Positions 12,185 through 24,472 of a stretch of DNA of 64,000 bases are shown piece by piece. Source of the DNA: the human T2T-CHM13v2.0 reference genome, Homo sapiens; the NCBI GenBank assembly GCA_009914755.4, contig CP086569.2, positions 13,152,001 through 13,216,000 on the forward strand. The letters are read 5' to 3'. The first letter of the stretch is position 1; each line of letters starts with the position of its first letter. Made by a program: the position numbers and the translations under genes. Under the pieces are notes generated by a model that was given only the letters and a program-made list of their open reading frames with translations, was not told where the DNA came from and did not search any database.

Positions 12185-12770
12185 GAATGTACATATTCAC
12201 ATTTATATATTTATGAATATATATGCTTGAATATATAAATATATACTTATTAATTTATACATATTTATGAATATATTTATATGAACATATTTATATATTA
12301 TAAATATGAATATATAAATATGTTTATAATATATAATTTTATGTTATGAATATATATTCATTTTATATAAATATTTATATAAAATAAATAAATATGTTTA
12401 CATATATTTATTTATACTTTTCTAAAGTATATAGATGTTTATATATTTATTTAAATATATTTATATATAAATGTATATAAATTTTATTTATACATTTATA
12501 TAAAAATGAATATATATTCATAGACATATAAATATGTATATATTCATGTATATATGAATAACATTTATATATTTGTAATATATACTCATATATGTTTATA
12601 TATTGAATATATGTTCATATATTCATAATATATGATATATAATACAATAAATGTATGATATATATTTTATATATTATAGAATATATTCATAAATGAAATA
12701 TATCACATATTTATATAATATTTATATGTTTATATCTGTATATGCACATGTATATACAATCATCATGCTT
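12185..12770. repeat. AT-rich complex minisatellite (tatatg/aatatatttata motifs)
   Basis: ~590 bp of imperfect ATATTTATA/TGAATATATA repeats. Confidence 0.85.
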
Positions 12771-13317
12771 CATAATAGACTGCATAATAGAGGATAGTTG
12801 TGTGTTAGGTACTATTCTAAGTTCTTTACACATATAAACTCAGGGATATAAAGCCTTCTCTGCATTCGACAAATAAGAAAACTAAGGCACAGACAGCTTC
12901 GGCGACTTCTCCAAGACTTCAGAGGTAGTAAATACAGAGCTAGGACTTGGGTCCGGACAGCCACGCTTTTACTTTGACCATCCTCGTTAATGGTAGAGAC
13001 ACTGGATGCACTGATTACCCTGATCTGATCACTATACATTGTGCGTATCCAAACCTCACTGTGTATCCCGTGAAGATGGACGATTATTATTTCTTAAAAA
13101 CTGAATGAGATTCAAATTAAAATTATTAAAAATGTAATTGTAAAACTATTTTTACAATTTAAATCTAAATAATTTAAAGCTATCAAAAAGCTTAAAGTAA
13201 CTTAAAAAATCCCAATGAATCCATTTGGTTTTGCACATAGATGCAGTTGTACAAGTTTGTCAGCCTGTCAAACCTGAACAACTGATGAACATATGACTCG
13301 CCATGAAACCGCCTTAC

Positions 13318-13467
13318 CTGATGGTGTCATTGCCATAGCAGCCCAGATCTCCAATACCCAGGTTATCAACCATGATCAGGATAATATTAGGCTTGTTGTC
13401 ATGCACCCTGTGTGCCTGGCAAGTGTTCAAGAGTGCACACACCAAAGACATGAAGACCAAGGGGCTC
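13318..13467 (-). pseudogene. arylsulfatase (ARSF-like) coding exon (signal peptide end + N-terminal metal-binding block), DDLG→DNLG
   Basis: minus-strand: acceptor tttgctttccag|GAGCCCC (AG at 13469-13468), translation [49 protein letters not shown](R), donor CAG|gtaagg (GT at 13317-13316); 150 bp; strong match to ARSF/ARSD/ARSE/STS N-terminus. Confidence 0.8.
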
Positions 13468-13883
13468 CTGGAAAGCAAACGGATTTTATTGGCCAGGCTT
13501 CTCTGGGTGGATTCAGGATCCACCTCCCAGTACAACACAACAGGGGTCTTTGAAGATCACGTGGATCTCCCAGACATCTCCTCAAGCTCAAGAGTGTCTC
13601 TCTCCAAGCACCGAGCTCTGCTGCTGAATGGTAGCAGAAGTTCCCAATGTAATGTGCTCTTGGCTTCTCACGTTGCATAAAATAAAGGCTAAAACAACAG
13701 ATGTTAATGTGGATGCAGTGAAAACGGAATCCTTTTATACTGTTAGTGGGAATGTACCACCGCTGTGGAAAACAGTATGGAGATTCCTTAAAGAACTAAA
13801 AATAGACCTACAATTTGATCCAGCAATCCCACTCCTGGGTATCTACTTAGAGGAAAAGAAGGCATTATATATAAAAGACACTG

Positions 13884-14265
<382 letters not shown>

Positions 14266-14293
14266 TCAATCAATGAATGGATAAAGAAAATGT

Positions 14294-14295
<2 letters not shown>

Positions 14296-14341
<46 letters not shown>

Positions 14342-14385
14342 CATACATAGATAGATACATACATAGATAGATAGATAGAGATTCT
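14296..14385. repeat. (GATA)n microsatellite
   Basis: gatagatagatagata… ~20 units with TACA variants. Confidence 0.95.
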
Positions 14386-14459
14386 ATGCAAAGTGAGAAG
14401 CCAAGAGAGCATTCCATTGGGCATTTCTGCTCCCATTCAGCAGCAGTGCTTGGTGCTTG

Positions 14460-14560
14460 AAGTGAGACACTCTTGATATCTATGGATCTATAGATATCAA
14501 TATATATCATATTTTCTTTATCTATATAGATCTATATCTATCTATCTATATCACATTTTC
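14460..14560. repeat. (TCTA/ATAG)-derived repeats with short inverted repeat gatatctat…atagatatc
   Basis: seen directly. Confidence 0.7.
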
Positions 14561-14930
14561 ATATACATACAGACACGCACACCATGGAATACTAATCAGC
14601 CATAAAAAGGAACAAAATGATGTCATTTGCAGCAACCTGGATGGAGCTGGAGACAATTATTCTAAGTGAAGTAACTCAGGAATGGAAAACCAAACATCAT
14701 ATGTTCTCACTCACAAGTGGGAGCTCAGCTATGAGGATGCAAAGGCATAAGAATGACACAATGAACTTTGAGGACTCAGAAAAAAGGGTGGGAGGGGAGT
14801 GAGGGATAAAAGACCATATATTGGGTACAGTATACACTGCTCAGGGGAAAGGTTCATCAAAATCTCAGGAATCACCACTAAAGAATTTATCCATGTAATT
14901 AAACATCTCCTGTTCCCTAAAATTATTGAA

Positions 14931-15239
14931 TTTTTTTTTTGAGAAGGAATGTCGCTCTGTCACCCAGACTGGAGTGCAGTGCATGATCTCAGCTGACTGC
15001 AAGCTCCATCTCTCAGGTTCATGCCATTCTGCCACCTCAGCATCCCAAGTAGCTGGGACCACATGTGCCCACAACCATGCCTGGATAATTTATTTATTTA
15101 TTTATTTTTTAGTAGAGACAGGGTTTCACCATGTTAGCCAGGATGGTCTTGATCTTCTGATCTCATGATCCACCCACCTCAGCCTCACAAAGTGCTGGGA
15201 TTGCAAGCGTGAGCCACTTGCACCCAGCCTGCAATATTT
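14931..15239 (-). repeat. AluY-like SINE
   Basis: reverse-complement Alu with catgttagccaggatggtct diagnostic. Confidence 0.85.
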
Positions 15240-15454
15240 TTTAAAACCTAAAGTAGATGCTCTTCCAGGAGGGAAATCTGAAAACATGTACTCAGAGGCA
15301 AATGGTTGCAGAGGATGGAGACTATAAGACTCCTGAAGTTAATTCCTTCTTCCAAGGACTTACCCTTATTTAAGGAACTTAACTGAATCTCTAAGTTTAA
15401 GGGATTTAACCTTAACTTACTAAAATCAGAATTTTTATTCTAATTTAAAGGTGT

Positions 15455-16200
15455 GTCAGTGCATATGTTCCTTACAGCACTATTCACAGTGGCCAAACTG
15501 TGAAATCAACCTCAGTGTCCATCACTGGATGAATGGATAAAGAAAATATGGTACATATACATCATGGAATACTACCCAGCCTTAAAAAAGAATGGAATTC
15601 TGTCATTTACGACACAATGGATAAACCTGGAGGTTATTATGCTAAGGAAAATAAGCCTGGCACAGAAACACCAATACCACATGATCTCACTTCTATGTGG
15701 AATCTCAAAAAGTTGATCTCATAGAAGGAAAGGGTAGAATGATGCCTGTTAGGAGCTCAGAGAGCAGTGGGGGGCTTGGAGAGATGCTGGTCGAAGGATA
15801 CAAAATTTCAATTTGACAGAAGAAGTAAGTTCAAAGAATCTATTGTACTTGTGCTGACTGTAGTTAATAAGAATGTGTTTTAGAGTTGAAAATTACTGAT
15901 AAAATCTACTCAAAGTGTTCTCATCACAAATAGGTAAGTGGATGAGGTAATGTGCATTAGCATAATTGAGCCATTCCAAAAGGCAGGCGTATTTCAAAAC
16001 ATCAAGTTGTACACCAAAAATCTATGCAATGTTTATATGTCAGGGTTTTTTTACCCAAAGGACAATAAAAAAGAAAAAGAAATTTAAAAAGGAAAAAAAT
16101 TAAAAAGAAAACTGAATTTTAAAATAAGAAAAAATAAATAAAAATAAAATATTAATAATATAAAAAGAATAAATACATGCAATTTATCATTACCCGAAAT
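15455..16200 (+). mobile_element. L1 3' end fragment with A-rich tail (16060-16200)
   Basis: …cagcactattcacagtggccaaactgtgaaatcaacctcagtgtccatcactggatgaatggataaagaaaatatggtacatatacatcatggaatactac…; ORF 15533-15724 L1 ORF2 tail. Confidence 0.8.
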
Positions 16201-16216
16201 TTTTAAAACATCAGAT

Positions 16217-16904
16217 TGTGTATGGAATTGGTTCCTTCCCGTGGGTTCTTTGTCTCACTGACTTCAAGAATGAAGCTGCAGACCCTCATGGTGAGTGTTA
16301 CAGTTCTTAAAGATGGTGTGTCTGGAGTTTGTTCCTTCAGATGTTCAGAAGTGTCTGTAGTTTCTTCCTTCTGGTGGGCTCCTTCCTGGTCCTGCTGACT
16401 TCAGAAGTGAAGCCACAGTCCTTTGCAGTGAGTGTTATAGCTCTTAAAGGTGGCATGTCCAGAGTTGTTTGTTCCTCCCAGTGGGTTCATGGTCCCACTG
16501 ACTTCAGGAATGAAGCTGCAGACCCTCACAGTGTTTCAGCTCACAAAGATAGTGCAGACCCAAAGAGTGAGCAGCAGCAAGATTTACTGTGAAGAGCGAA
16601 ACAACAAAGCTTCCACAGTGTGGACAGGGACCCAAGCGGGTTGCCACTGCTGGCTCGGGTGGCCAGCTTTTATTCCCTTATTTGCCCCACACACATCCTG
16701 CTGATTGGTTCATTTTACAGAGTGCTGATTGGTCCATTTTAGAGAGTTCTGATTGATGAATTTACAATCCTTTAGGAAGACACAGAGTGCTGATTGGTGC
16801 ATTTTTACAGAGTGCTGATTGGTGCAATGACAATCCTCTAGCTATACAGAAAAGTTTTCCACATCCCCACTCAACCCACAAAGTCCAGCTGGCTTCACCT
16901 CTCA
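16217..16904 (-). repeat. 3' LTR (LTR12 family) of HERV9 provirus
   Basis: minus-strand start TGAGAGGTGAAGCCAGCTGG…; repeated ctgacttcaggaatgaagctgcagaccctc units; CCAAT-rich ctgattggt repeats; PPT agaggggagat immediately 5' (16905-16915). Confidence 0.85.
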
Positions 16905-16949
16905 ATCTCCCCTCTAAACAGGACACCCCAACTTAGGAATTGGGTGATG

Positions 16950-17600
16950 ACCATTCTAGCTACTTCCTGCTGAATAGGGCAAAGATGGGGCCCTGTATTT
17001 ATAGTGTCCTCCAGAGAGGAACTCGTTAGGTCAGCAAAAGGGCCAGTGGGTTGGTCCAGGGGTTCTCAGTAGAAGTTGTTAGTTGAGCTCATTTGGGGTT
17101 CCATTTGTAAAAACAACTGTACCTTGATGGCCTCGATTCTAGAGGAAACAAATTTGACAAGGAGGTTAAAAATACAAGGCCTGAAGGTGAGTAATAGCAA
17201 GATGGCTGTCACAGGACCTAGAAAGGGGAGAAGCCATGTCGCCCAACTCCAGAGGTTGGTATAAGAGTTTGAAAGGTGTCTGATTTCAAAAGCCTTTTCC
17301 TGTAAACGCTGGGCAGCATCTAGTCTATCCCTGACTGATTAGTGTAAAAACAACACTCTTTCCCTAAGAAGGTGCAAAGTCCCCCTTTCTCAGCAGTGAG
17401 GAAGTCTAGGTCTTGGTGGTTTTGCAGAGTCTCTGCTGCTAAAGAGTCTATTTTGGATTGTAAAGTAAGGATAGATTTATTTATTTCTTGCAAACTGTCT
17501 GATAAATCCTTTGAGAGTGCATGGTAGTAGGATAATGAAGTAGATAAACTAGCTATTCTAGTTCCTGTAGCAGTAGCCATTCCTAACCCTGTAAGTAGGG
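16950..17600 (-). pseudogene. env TM subunit remnant (HERV-W/9-like)
   Basis: ORF 17320-17580 …LQNHQDLDFLTAEKGGLCTFLGKECCFYTNQSGI… matches syncytin-type TM; downstream …CIFNLLVKFVSSRIEAIKVQ… with stops. Confidence 0.75.
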
Positions 17601-18289
17601 ATATTAGTTGTATGGCTCTGTGTTGACAGACTTGAGCTTTGAGGGACAGTGATAAGTTCTGATTTCCATAAGATTAGAAGTTAGGATAATACATGTTATA
17701 CTGTTAACTTTTAGCAAACTTACTTTTGTTGAAAATCTTGTAAGTTTGGGATTTCAATTATTCTTTGCTATTAATAAGACCTTGTTCAGTCCATATTAAC
17801 TTAGAATTGGTATAGATGGCTCCTTCCTGATTCTGTAAGTACTTTAAGGTTTGGCTGAGTGCAAACAGCTCACACCCTTGAGCAGACCAATTATTAAGCA
17901 ATTTTCCTAACTCTTACTCTGCAAGAATTTCCTTATCACTTACTGAATACCATTGTGTCTTTTTCCCTTAATCACCTGGGAGGAACCATCTATCATTCTA
18001 TTGTCCTGTCTTCAAGGGAGTTCCTCCTAGGTCTGGTCGGACCTTTGTATGGTAATTAGTTAAGATTTAGATTCCATTAGGAAACTTTCTGGGTTAAGGA
18101 TTTTTGATAGGAAGGCTATGGGTTGTCAGTGGCCTCAGTGCTTTTGGGCTACATCCTTGTTTACACTGAAAACAAGGTGGCATTGGAGTGTTATAGGGTT
18201 ATGGAAAAGACCTTCAATTGTCAATTACAGGTTTTTAATTTACCCTGGCTTTTAGAGGAATAGAGTATACTGTTTTTTCTTTACTACTT

Positions 18290-18585
18290 CCATTTCTGTT
18301 TCTTTCTCTTTTGACTTCTTTTTTGTCTCTCTTTCTGACTCTTTGTCTCTTTCTGACTCTTTGTCTTTCTGACTCTGTCTCTTCCTTTCTCTTTTTGATT
18401 TTCTGTCTCTCTGTTTCTTCCTCTGTCTGTCTCCTTCTCTTTGTCTCTCTGTTTCTTCCTCTCTCTCTCTCTGACTTTCTGTCTCTTTCTCTCTCCTTTC
18501 TGCTGGTCTTTGCCTGCCTCTGCCAACTGCTTATGCTGCTGTTCTCCCCACTCCTTCCCCTTTTGATGGCTTTGGCAGTATGAAA
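18290..18585 (+). repeat. CT-rich (GA-rich on provirus sense strand) low-complexity tract inside HERV9 internal region
   Basis: ttctttctcttttgacttcttttttgtctctctttctgactctttgtctc…; occupies the position where integrase would be expected. Confidence 0.85.
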
Positions 18586-18706
18586 CTGCCACCTCTTTGG
18601 GTTTTTGCACTGCATGCAATAACTCCATGATTGCCTTGTGATACTTAATGGGTCTTCCCCCAGAGGTTAGGAACAACTTTTCTTTTCCATATTGCAGCAT
18701 GGGCAT
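18560..18706 (-). pseudogene. pol RNase H C-terminal fragment
   Basis: …AIMELLHAVQKPKEVAVSYCQSHQKG… ~ MLV …[25 protein letters not shown]…. Confidence 0.6.
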
Positions 18707-18712
18707 GTAGGA

Positions 18713-18955
18713 TTAGATAAGCATACTTACTATCTGTAGCAAAGTCTCCCAGTTACAGCTGAGGAGGTGGGAGAAATACCTGGTTACAGGCTGTCCCAGG
18801 ATTCCTTGGATGGTAACGTACTTTGAGGACAGCTTTCTGGGACAAGAAGCTAACATTAAGAAAGCCAAGCCAGTGTCCAGGAGGAAGTCAATTTCCTGGC
18901 CCTCCAGGTTTATATGTACCTGGGGCTCAGTGAGGGTGATGACATGAGCTGGCAC
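18713..18955 (-). pseudogene. protease (LLDTG active-site motif)
   Basis: ORF 18713-18955 …EIDFLLDTGLAF…. Confidence 0.75.
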
Positions 18956-19053
18956 TTGCCCCAGGCCTCAGTCCTGTTGTTGGATCATCTGTTTGGGGGC
19001 TTCTGGCCCAGAGAACCTTTGTCCATGGGGCAGTGCACCTTCTAGTGATTGCC

Positions 19054-19242
19054 TCAGCATAGTGGACATGGGCAAAGGGGCAGCTTGTTTCTTGTTGGAC
19101 AATCTTTTTTAAGGTGTCCTTTCAAACCACACAGGTAACAAGCCCTACTGGGTGATTGGCTCCATTTTCTGTCCTCTCTGAACCACCAAGGTTTGTTTGT
19201 CTGAGGGCCATGACCAAGCCTGCAGCCTTTCTCTGATCTCAT
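19054..19242 (-). pseudogene. gag nucleocapsid (CCHC zinc knuckle)
   Basis: CYLCGLKGHLKKDC in ORF 19054-19242. Confidence 0.75.
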
Positions 19243-19340
19243 TTTTCCTTTTTGGCCTGTTCCTCTTGGTCCCTATTATAGAACACTGAAGTTTCCAGGT
19301 TTAATAATGCCTCTAGATTTTGTTCAGGGACAAAGGCTCA

Positions 19341-20472
19341 CTATTGGAGCTTTCTCCTCATATCTGCAGCTGATTGGGTAATAAACTTATCTTTTAGAAT
19401 CAGTTGACTCTCGAGTGAGTTGGGTGACAGAGGTGTATATTTTCTTAAGGCCTTCCATAGCTGCTCAAGGAAGGCAGAAGGATTTTCTTCATTTCCCTGA
19501 GTTATGGTGGACATCATTGAATAATTCATGGGCTTTTTCCTAATTCTCCTTAGTGCTTGTAGAACACAGGTCAACAGATGTTTGTGATTCCAGTCCTTAT
19601 GATCTGAGTTGAGGTCCCAGTGGGTATCCATACTGGTGACAGTTTGCTGACCAGTAGGGAATTTGTCACTTTTCCTCAGTTGTCATTCTATCATTTACTT
19701 GACTAAGATACTAGGTATCTCCAAACTCTCAGGCTGCAGCTAAAGCCACATTCTTCGTATTAATGGCCACGGTTTGATCTAACAATACCATGACATCTCT
19801 CCAAGTGAGAATGAAGTTTTGTAGGACATCTATATACCAATCAGGATCATCTGAAAGCTTCCCCAGGTCTGCCTTGATCTGCTTTAAATCAGAGAGGGAG
19901 AAGGGGACATGTATCTAGGTTAGGCCAAATTCCCCTCCCTTCAGCTTGAAGTGGACATATCCAATAGCCTGGGGTTTTTTGTGGTTTTGTGGTCCTTTGG
20001 AGATTTGTTTGCTTGTTTTCTTCTGGGCAGGGGAGATTAGAGGAGGCTTATCATCAATAGGAAGGGGTGCTATAGGGAGGCTAGTAGATGAGGATAAGCT
20101 GAGAGGTCCTCCTGTGGGAAGTAAATTGCAAGCTTTGCATAGTTGTGGATTCTCTTTCAATGAAAAGAAAGCTGAGACATAAGATATTTCACTCCATTTG
20201 CCTTCCCTCTTAAAGAAAAGGTCAAGCTGCAGGATAGTATTGTAATTTATACTTCCCTCAGGGGGCCATTTTTCCCCATCAAGGAGAGAATATTGGGGCC
20301 AGGCTGTACTGCAGAAAAAATTGAGCTGCCTCTTTTTCAGGGTTTGCTGGTCAAATTGGTCCCAATGGCTTAGGATGCATTTCAAGGGTGAGCCTGTTGG
20401 TGCCTGAGTGTTTTCCATCTGAAAGACAAAACCATCTGTGGTTTTGGTTTGTTTGTTTCTCCCCCTACCCAA
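19341..20472 (-). pseudogene. gag (MA–CA) fragments, frameshifted
   Basis: ORF 19915-20472 …CILSHWDQFDQQTLKKRQLNFFCSTAWPQYSLLDGEKWPPEGSINYNTILQLDLF… and ORF 19341-19631 …HKHLLTCVLQALRRIRKKPMNYSMMSTITQGNEENPSAFLEQL… both closely match HERV-W/HERV9 gag. Confidence 0.85.
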
Positions 20473-21723
20473 GAACCTGGAATGATCCCTCGACCCTGCT
20501 GATCAGAATAGTTGCACTCACTGACACAGCAGCAGAAACACCTCTTGTCCAAAAACCCACAATGGTCCCTGGACCCTGCTGATCAGAATAGTTGTGCTCA
20601 CTGACACAACAGCAGAAACACCTCTTGCCCAAAAACCCATAATGGTCCCTGGACCCTGCTGATTGGAATAGTTGTGCTCACCAATACAGCAGCAGAAACA
20701 CTACTTTTCCTCCTAGACCACAAGATGGACCAAGGAAGGTCAGATTTAGTGGCTCTTAATGATGCATTCTCAAAAACCTGCACCCTTGTCTGTCCTCTTA
20801 GACCACAAAGAGGACCAAGAAAAGTTGGATTTAGTAGCCATTACCAATACATTCTCGAAAACCTGTTAGGGTCCTAAGCATTAAGCATTCTACTGTTAGT
20901 ATTGGGACTTTACCCCTGTCCTATAATGATGTTATGCCCCAAAAATGAAGTGGAGAGCCATACCCTGAGGGAGGGAAAGGATCTCCAGAGTTGGAAGAGT
21001 GATGCCTTTTGTCCTCACTTATATGAATAGGAAAGATACCATTTCTGAAGCTCCCCATACCCTACCTTCAGGAATAGCTTTTGTTAGGCCTGCTAGTCTG
21101 AGGAGGGAAAATTCCAGAAAGTCCTCTGCCCCAGTGTGATTTTGGGCTAAAGGTATGTCTTTCTGATTGGTAAGCCTGGGTGCCTAATGAAGTTAACAGA
21201 GTCCTGAAGTTTATCTAGAAATCATTCTTATAGGAGAAACTAGAAAAGTACCAGAGACAGGGAATGGTTTTTAGAAGCAGGACTAGACTTGTAGAAGAGA
21301 GGCAAGAGGAAGTTTGTCTGACAGGCATTAGGACTCAGGATGCAAGGGTCAGGATAGATGTGCAAGTCTCACTTGGGCGACGTGACTTCAAGAGTTCCGC
21401 TCATGGCTGCAGGGTCAACCAATTTGTTGTCAGGACCTCAGAGCTGAATGGTTTTCCTCTCTGTTGACCCTTGGCTCTGCCCAGAAGTATAGGGAAAGTG
21501 GAAGCTGGTTCCAGGCAAACCAACGTTCCCAACTCCAAGGGTCCAGGGGTTGTTAAAGAGCCCTTTCCCAGAAAGCCTGACGCCCGTGTCTTTAGTCTGG
21601 TGGCCACATTAGTCACTTTCAACTGGCCGACAAGTGCCTGGTATTTAGCCCCCGAATTCTAAGAAAAAATAGGACAGAATAACAAGTTAAAATGACCCAA
21701 TGGTACTCACCACTTGGTGATTG

Positions 21724-21740
21724 TCCCTTCATGGTTGCCA
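21724..21740 (-). promoter_or_regulatory. primer-binding site complementary to tRNA-Arg 3' end
   Basis: minus strand TGGCAACCATGAAGGGAC vs expected TGGCGACCACGAAGGGAC (2 CpG-decay mismatches), directly after LTR end …ACA TT. Confidence 0.7.
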
Positions 21741-21744
21741 AAAT

Positions 21745-22474
21745 GTGTCCAGAATTGGTTCCTTCTGGTAGGTTCCTGGTCTCACTGACTTCAAGAATGA
21801 AGCTGCAGATGCTCGTGGTGAGTGTTAAAGTTCTTAAAGATGGTGTGTCTGGAGTTTATTCCTTCAGATGTTCAGATGTGTCCATAGTTTCTTCCTTCCG
21901 GTGGGTTTGTGGTCTCTCTGACTTCAGGAGTCAAGCCACAGACCTTCTCAGTAAGTGTTACAATTCTCAAACTTGGCGCATCCAGAATTGTTAGTTCCTC
22001 CCATAGGTTCGTGGTCTCGCTGACTTCAGGAATGAAGCCACAGTCCCTCATGGCGTTACAGCTCATAAAGGTAGTGTGGACCCAAAGAGTAAGCAGCAGC
22101 AAGATTTATTGTGAAGAGTGAAAGAACAAAGCTTCCATAGCGTGGAAGGGGACCCAAGCCTGTTGCCACTGCTGGCTGAGATGGTCAGCTTTTATTCCCT
22201 TATTTGGCCCCGCCCACATCCTGCTGATTGGTCCATTTTACAGAGAGCTTATTGGTCCATTTTACAGAGTGCTGATTGGCCCATTTTACAGAGCACTGAT
22301 TGGTGCATTTACAATCCTTTAGCTAGACATACAGCGCTGATTGGTGCATTTTTACAGAGTGTTGACTGGTGCATTTTTAGAGTGCTGACTGATGTAGTTA
22401 CAATCCTCTAGCTAGACAGAAAACTTCTCTAAGTCCCTACTCAACCCAGGAAGTCTAGCTGGCTTCACCTGTCA
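21745..22474 (-). repeat. 5' LTR (LTR12 family) of HERV9 provirus
   Basis: same structure as 16217-16904 (U3 tandem repeats, ctgattggt repeats, …ggcttcacctgtca end); likely promoter/enhancer-bearing. Confidence 0.85.
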
Positions 22475-22750
<276 letters not shown>

Positions 22751-23170
22751 CTGTAGGGATAGCAGCTTTGGTTGGAGAAAGGAAAGACAAGCAAAAGGTA
22801 ATATAATAAGGAATTACCAAGTAAAGGAAAAGTGGAAGCTGAGGAAAGAACTGAATTGAGGAAAAGAAAGAAACATGGAATTTGAGGACCACTGCGTCCA
22901 GTTCATAGTTTTGCTCAGTCCTGGCTGAGGTCATATTTTCTTAAGGAAACACATGACACTTTTCTCAGCATATCCCTACTCAGTTATCAGGTAATGAATA
23001 TTGGACATGGGATTATTGATTCAATCCCTATCTCGTCTCTATACTTATTTCAAAACTCACTTCAAATATCTCCTCTGAGAGGAAAAACACAAACAGGAGT
23101 TCATCCCTATTGTCTCTCAGAGTCCTTTGTAAATACTCTGAGACAATGATAGCCACAGATGATTACAATT

Positions 23171-23465
23171 TTTCTTTTTTTTGAGATGGAGTCTCGCTCT
23201 GTCAGCCAGACTGGAGCACAGTCATGCGATCTTGGTTCACTGCCAGCTCTGCCTCCCAGGTTCATGCCATTCTCTTGCCTCGGCCTCCCAAGTAGCTGGG
23301 ACTACAGGTACCCACCACCATGCCCGGCTAATTTTTTTTGTATTTTTAGTAGAGACAGGGTTTCACCATGTTAGCCAGGATGGTCTCGATCTCCTGACCT
23401 CATGATCCACCCGCCTCAGCCTCCCAAAGTGCAGAGATTATAGGCATGAGCCACCGCACCCGGCC
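23171..23465 (-). repeat. AluY-like SINE
   Basis: catgttagccaggatggtct diagnostic. Confidence 0.85.
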
Positions 23466-23628
23466 TACAATTTTTCAAACATCTCCTTGAAGATTAAGAA
23501 TGTTTTGCAGGCAAAAGCTACATGCTCAGGACTGTGGGCCAAATCCCCAAAGTTATAGAAATGCTTTTCATCTATGCAAAGTTAGTTGAATTTTTTTGTC
23601 ACCCCATTTTTACCATATTTTAAAATCA

Positions 23629-23960
<332 letters not shown>

Positions 23961-24472
23961 TCATATGTATCTGTTGGAAATTTACAGTTTATATTTATAT
24001 CAATTACCTCTCTCCTACCTTTTTAAAAAAATTCACACACTTATTAAGCAAAGAGAATGAACTTAGACATCTTATGGCCAGCCATATAAAGACAGCATGT
24101 TGACACATAGTAGTTTACATGAAAAAGAACAAAAGGCAGATGATATTAAATGTCTCTACCTGTGAGGCTGGATTCACAAATACAGAGAATTATACATTAA
24201 ATTCAATGTGCTCAAAATTCCATATATGGCTTTATCTATCTGGGCGTGATTGTGCAGCTCGGAGTACCTTCTTGTTGTCTTTGGCAGAAGACATAGACAG
24301 GATTAAAAAGAAAAAAAAAATGTGTCAATTAAATTAGTTTCCAGCATGAAATTCTCACTAGACTTGGGAGCCATATCCCTAATTCCACCTAATTCCAACA
24401 TTTTAAAATTGATTTTCTGAGGCCACTACTGCACGAATCCTGAACTCTTAATGAGTTCATTATTTTGACCCT

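Larger units (their letters stand above)
16217..22474 (-). mobile_element. HERV9/ERV9 provirus (LTR12–gag–pro–Δpol–env remnant–LTR12), defective
   Basis: LTR12-type LTRs with U3 tandem repeats at both ends in minus orientation; tRNA-Arg PBS; gag/NC/PR/RNaseH/env homology to HERV-W/HERV9 on minus strand; PPT before 3' LTR. Confidence 0.85.

Noticed and set aside
13468-13538. Upstream extension of the sulfatase ORF ([22 protein letters not shown]…) as coding sequence
   Set aside because: A strong acceptor (tttgctttccag) at 13476-13468 marks the true exon boundary. The upstream in-frame residues are intronic read-through.
16217-16904. Initial reading of the LTR12 copies as plus-strand, which would conflict with minus-strand gag
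   Set aside because: Structural evidence fixes the minus orientation, consistent with the internal genes. The PPT agaggggagat precedes the LTR on the minus strand, the tRNA-Arg PBS lies after the 5' LTR end (…ACA TT TGG…), and the LTR runs TGAGAGGTGAAGCC…CA on the minus strand.
18235-18706. Minus-strand ORF 18284-18706 (140 aa) with a K/E/R-rich tail
   Set aside because: Only the N-terminal ~45 aa are real RNase H homology. The rest is read-through of the GA-rich tract inside HERV9.
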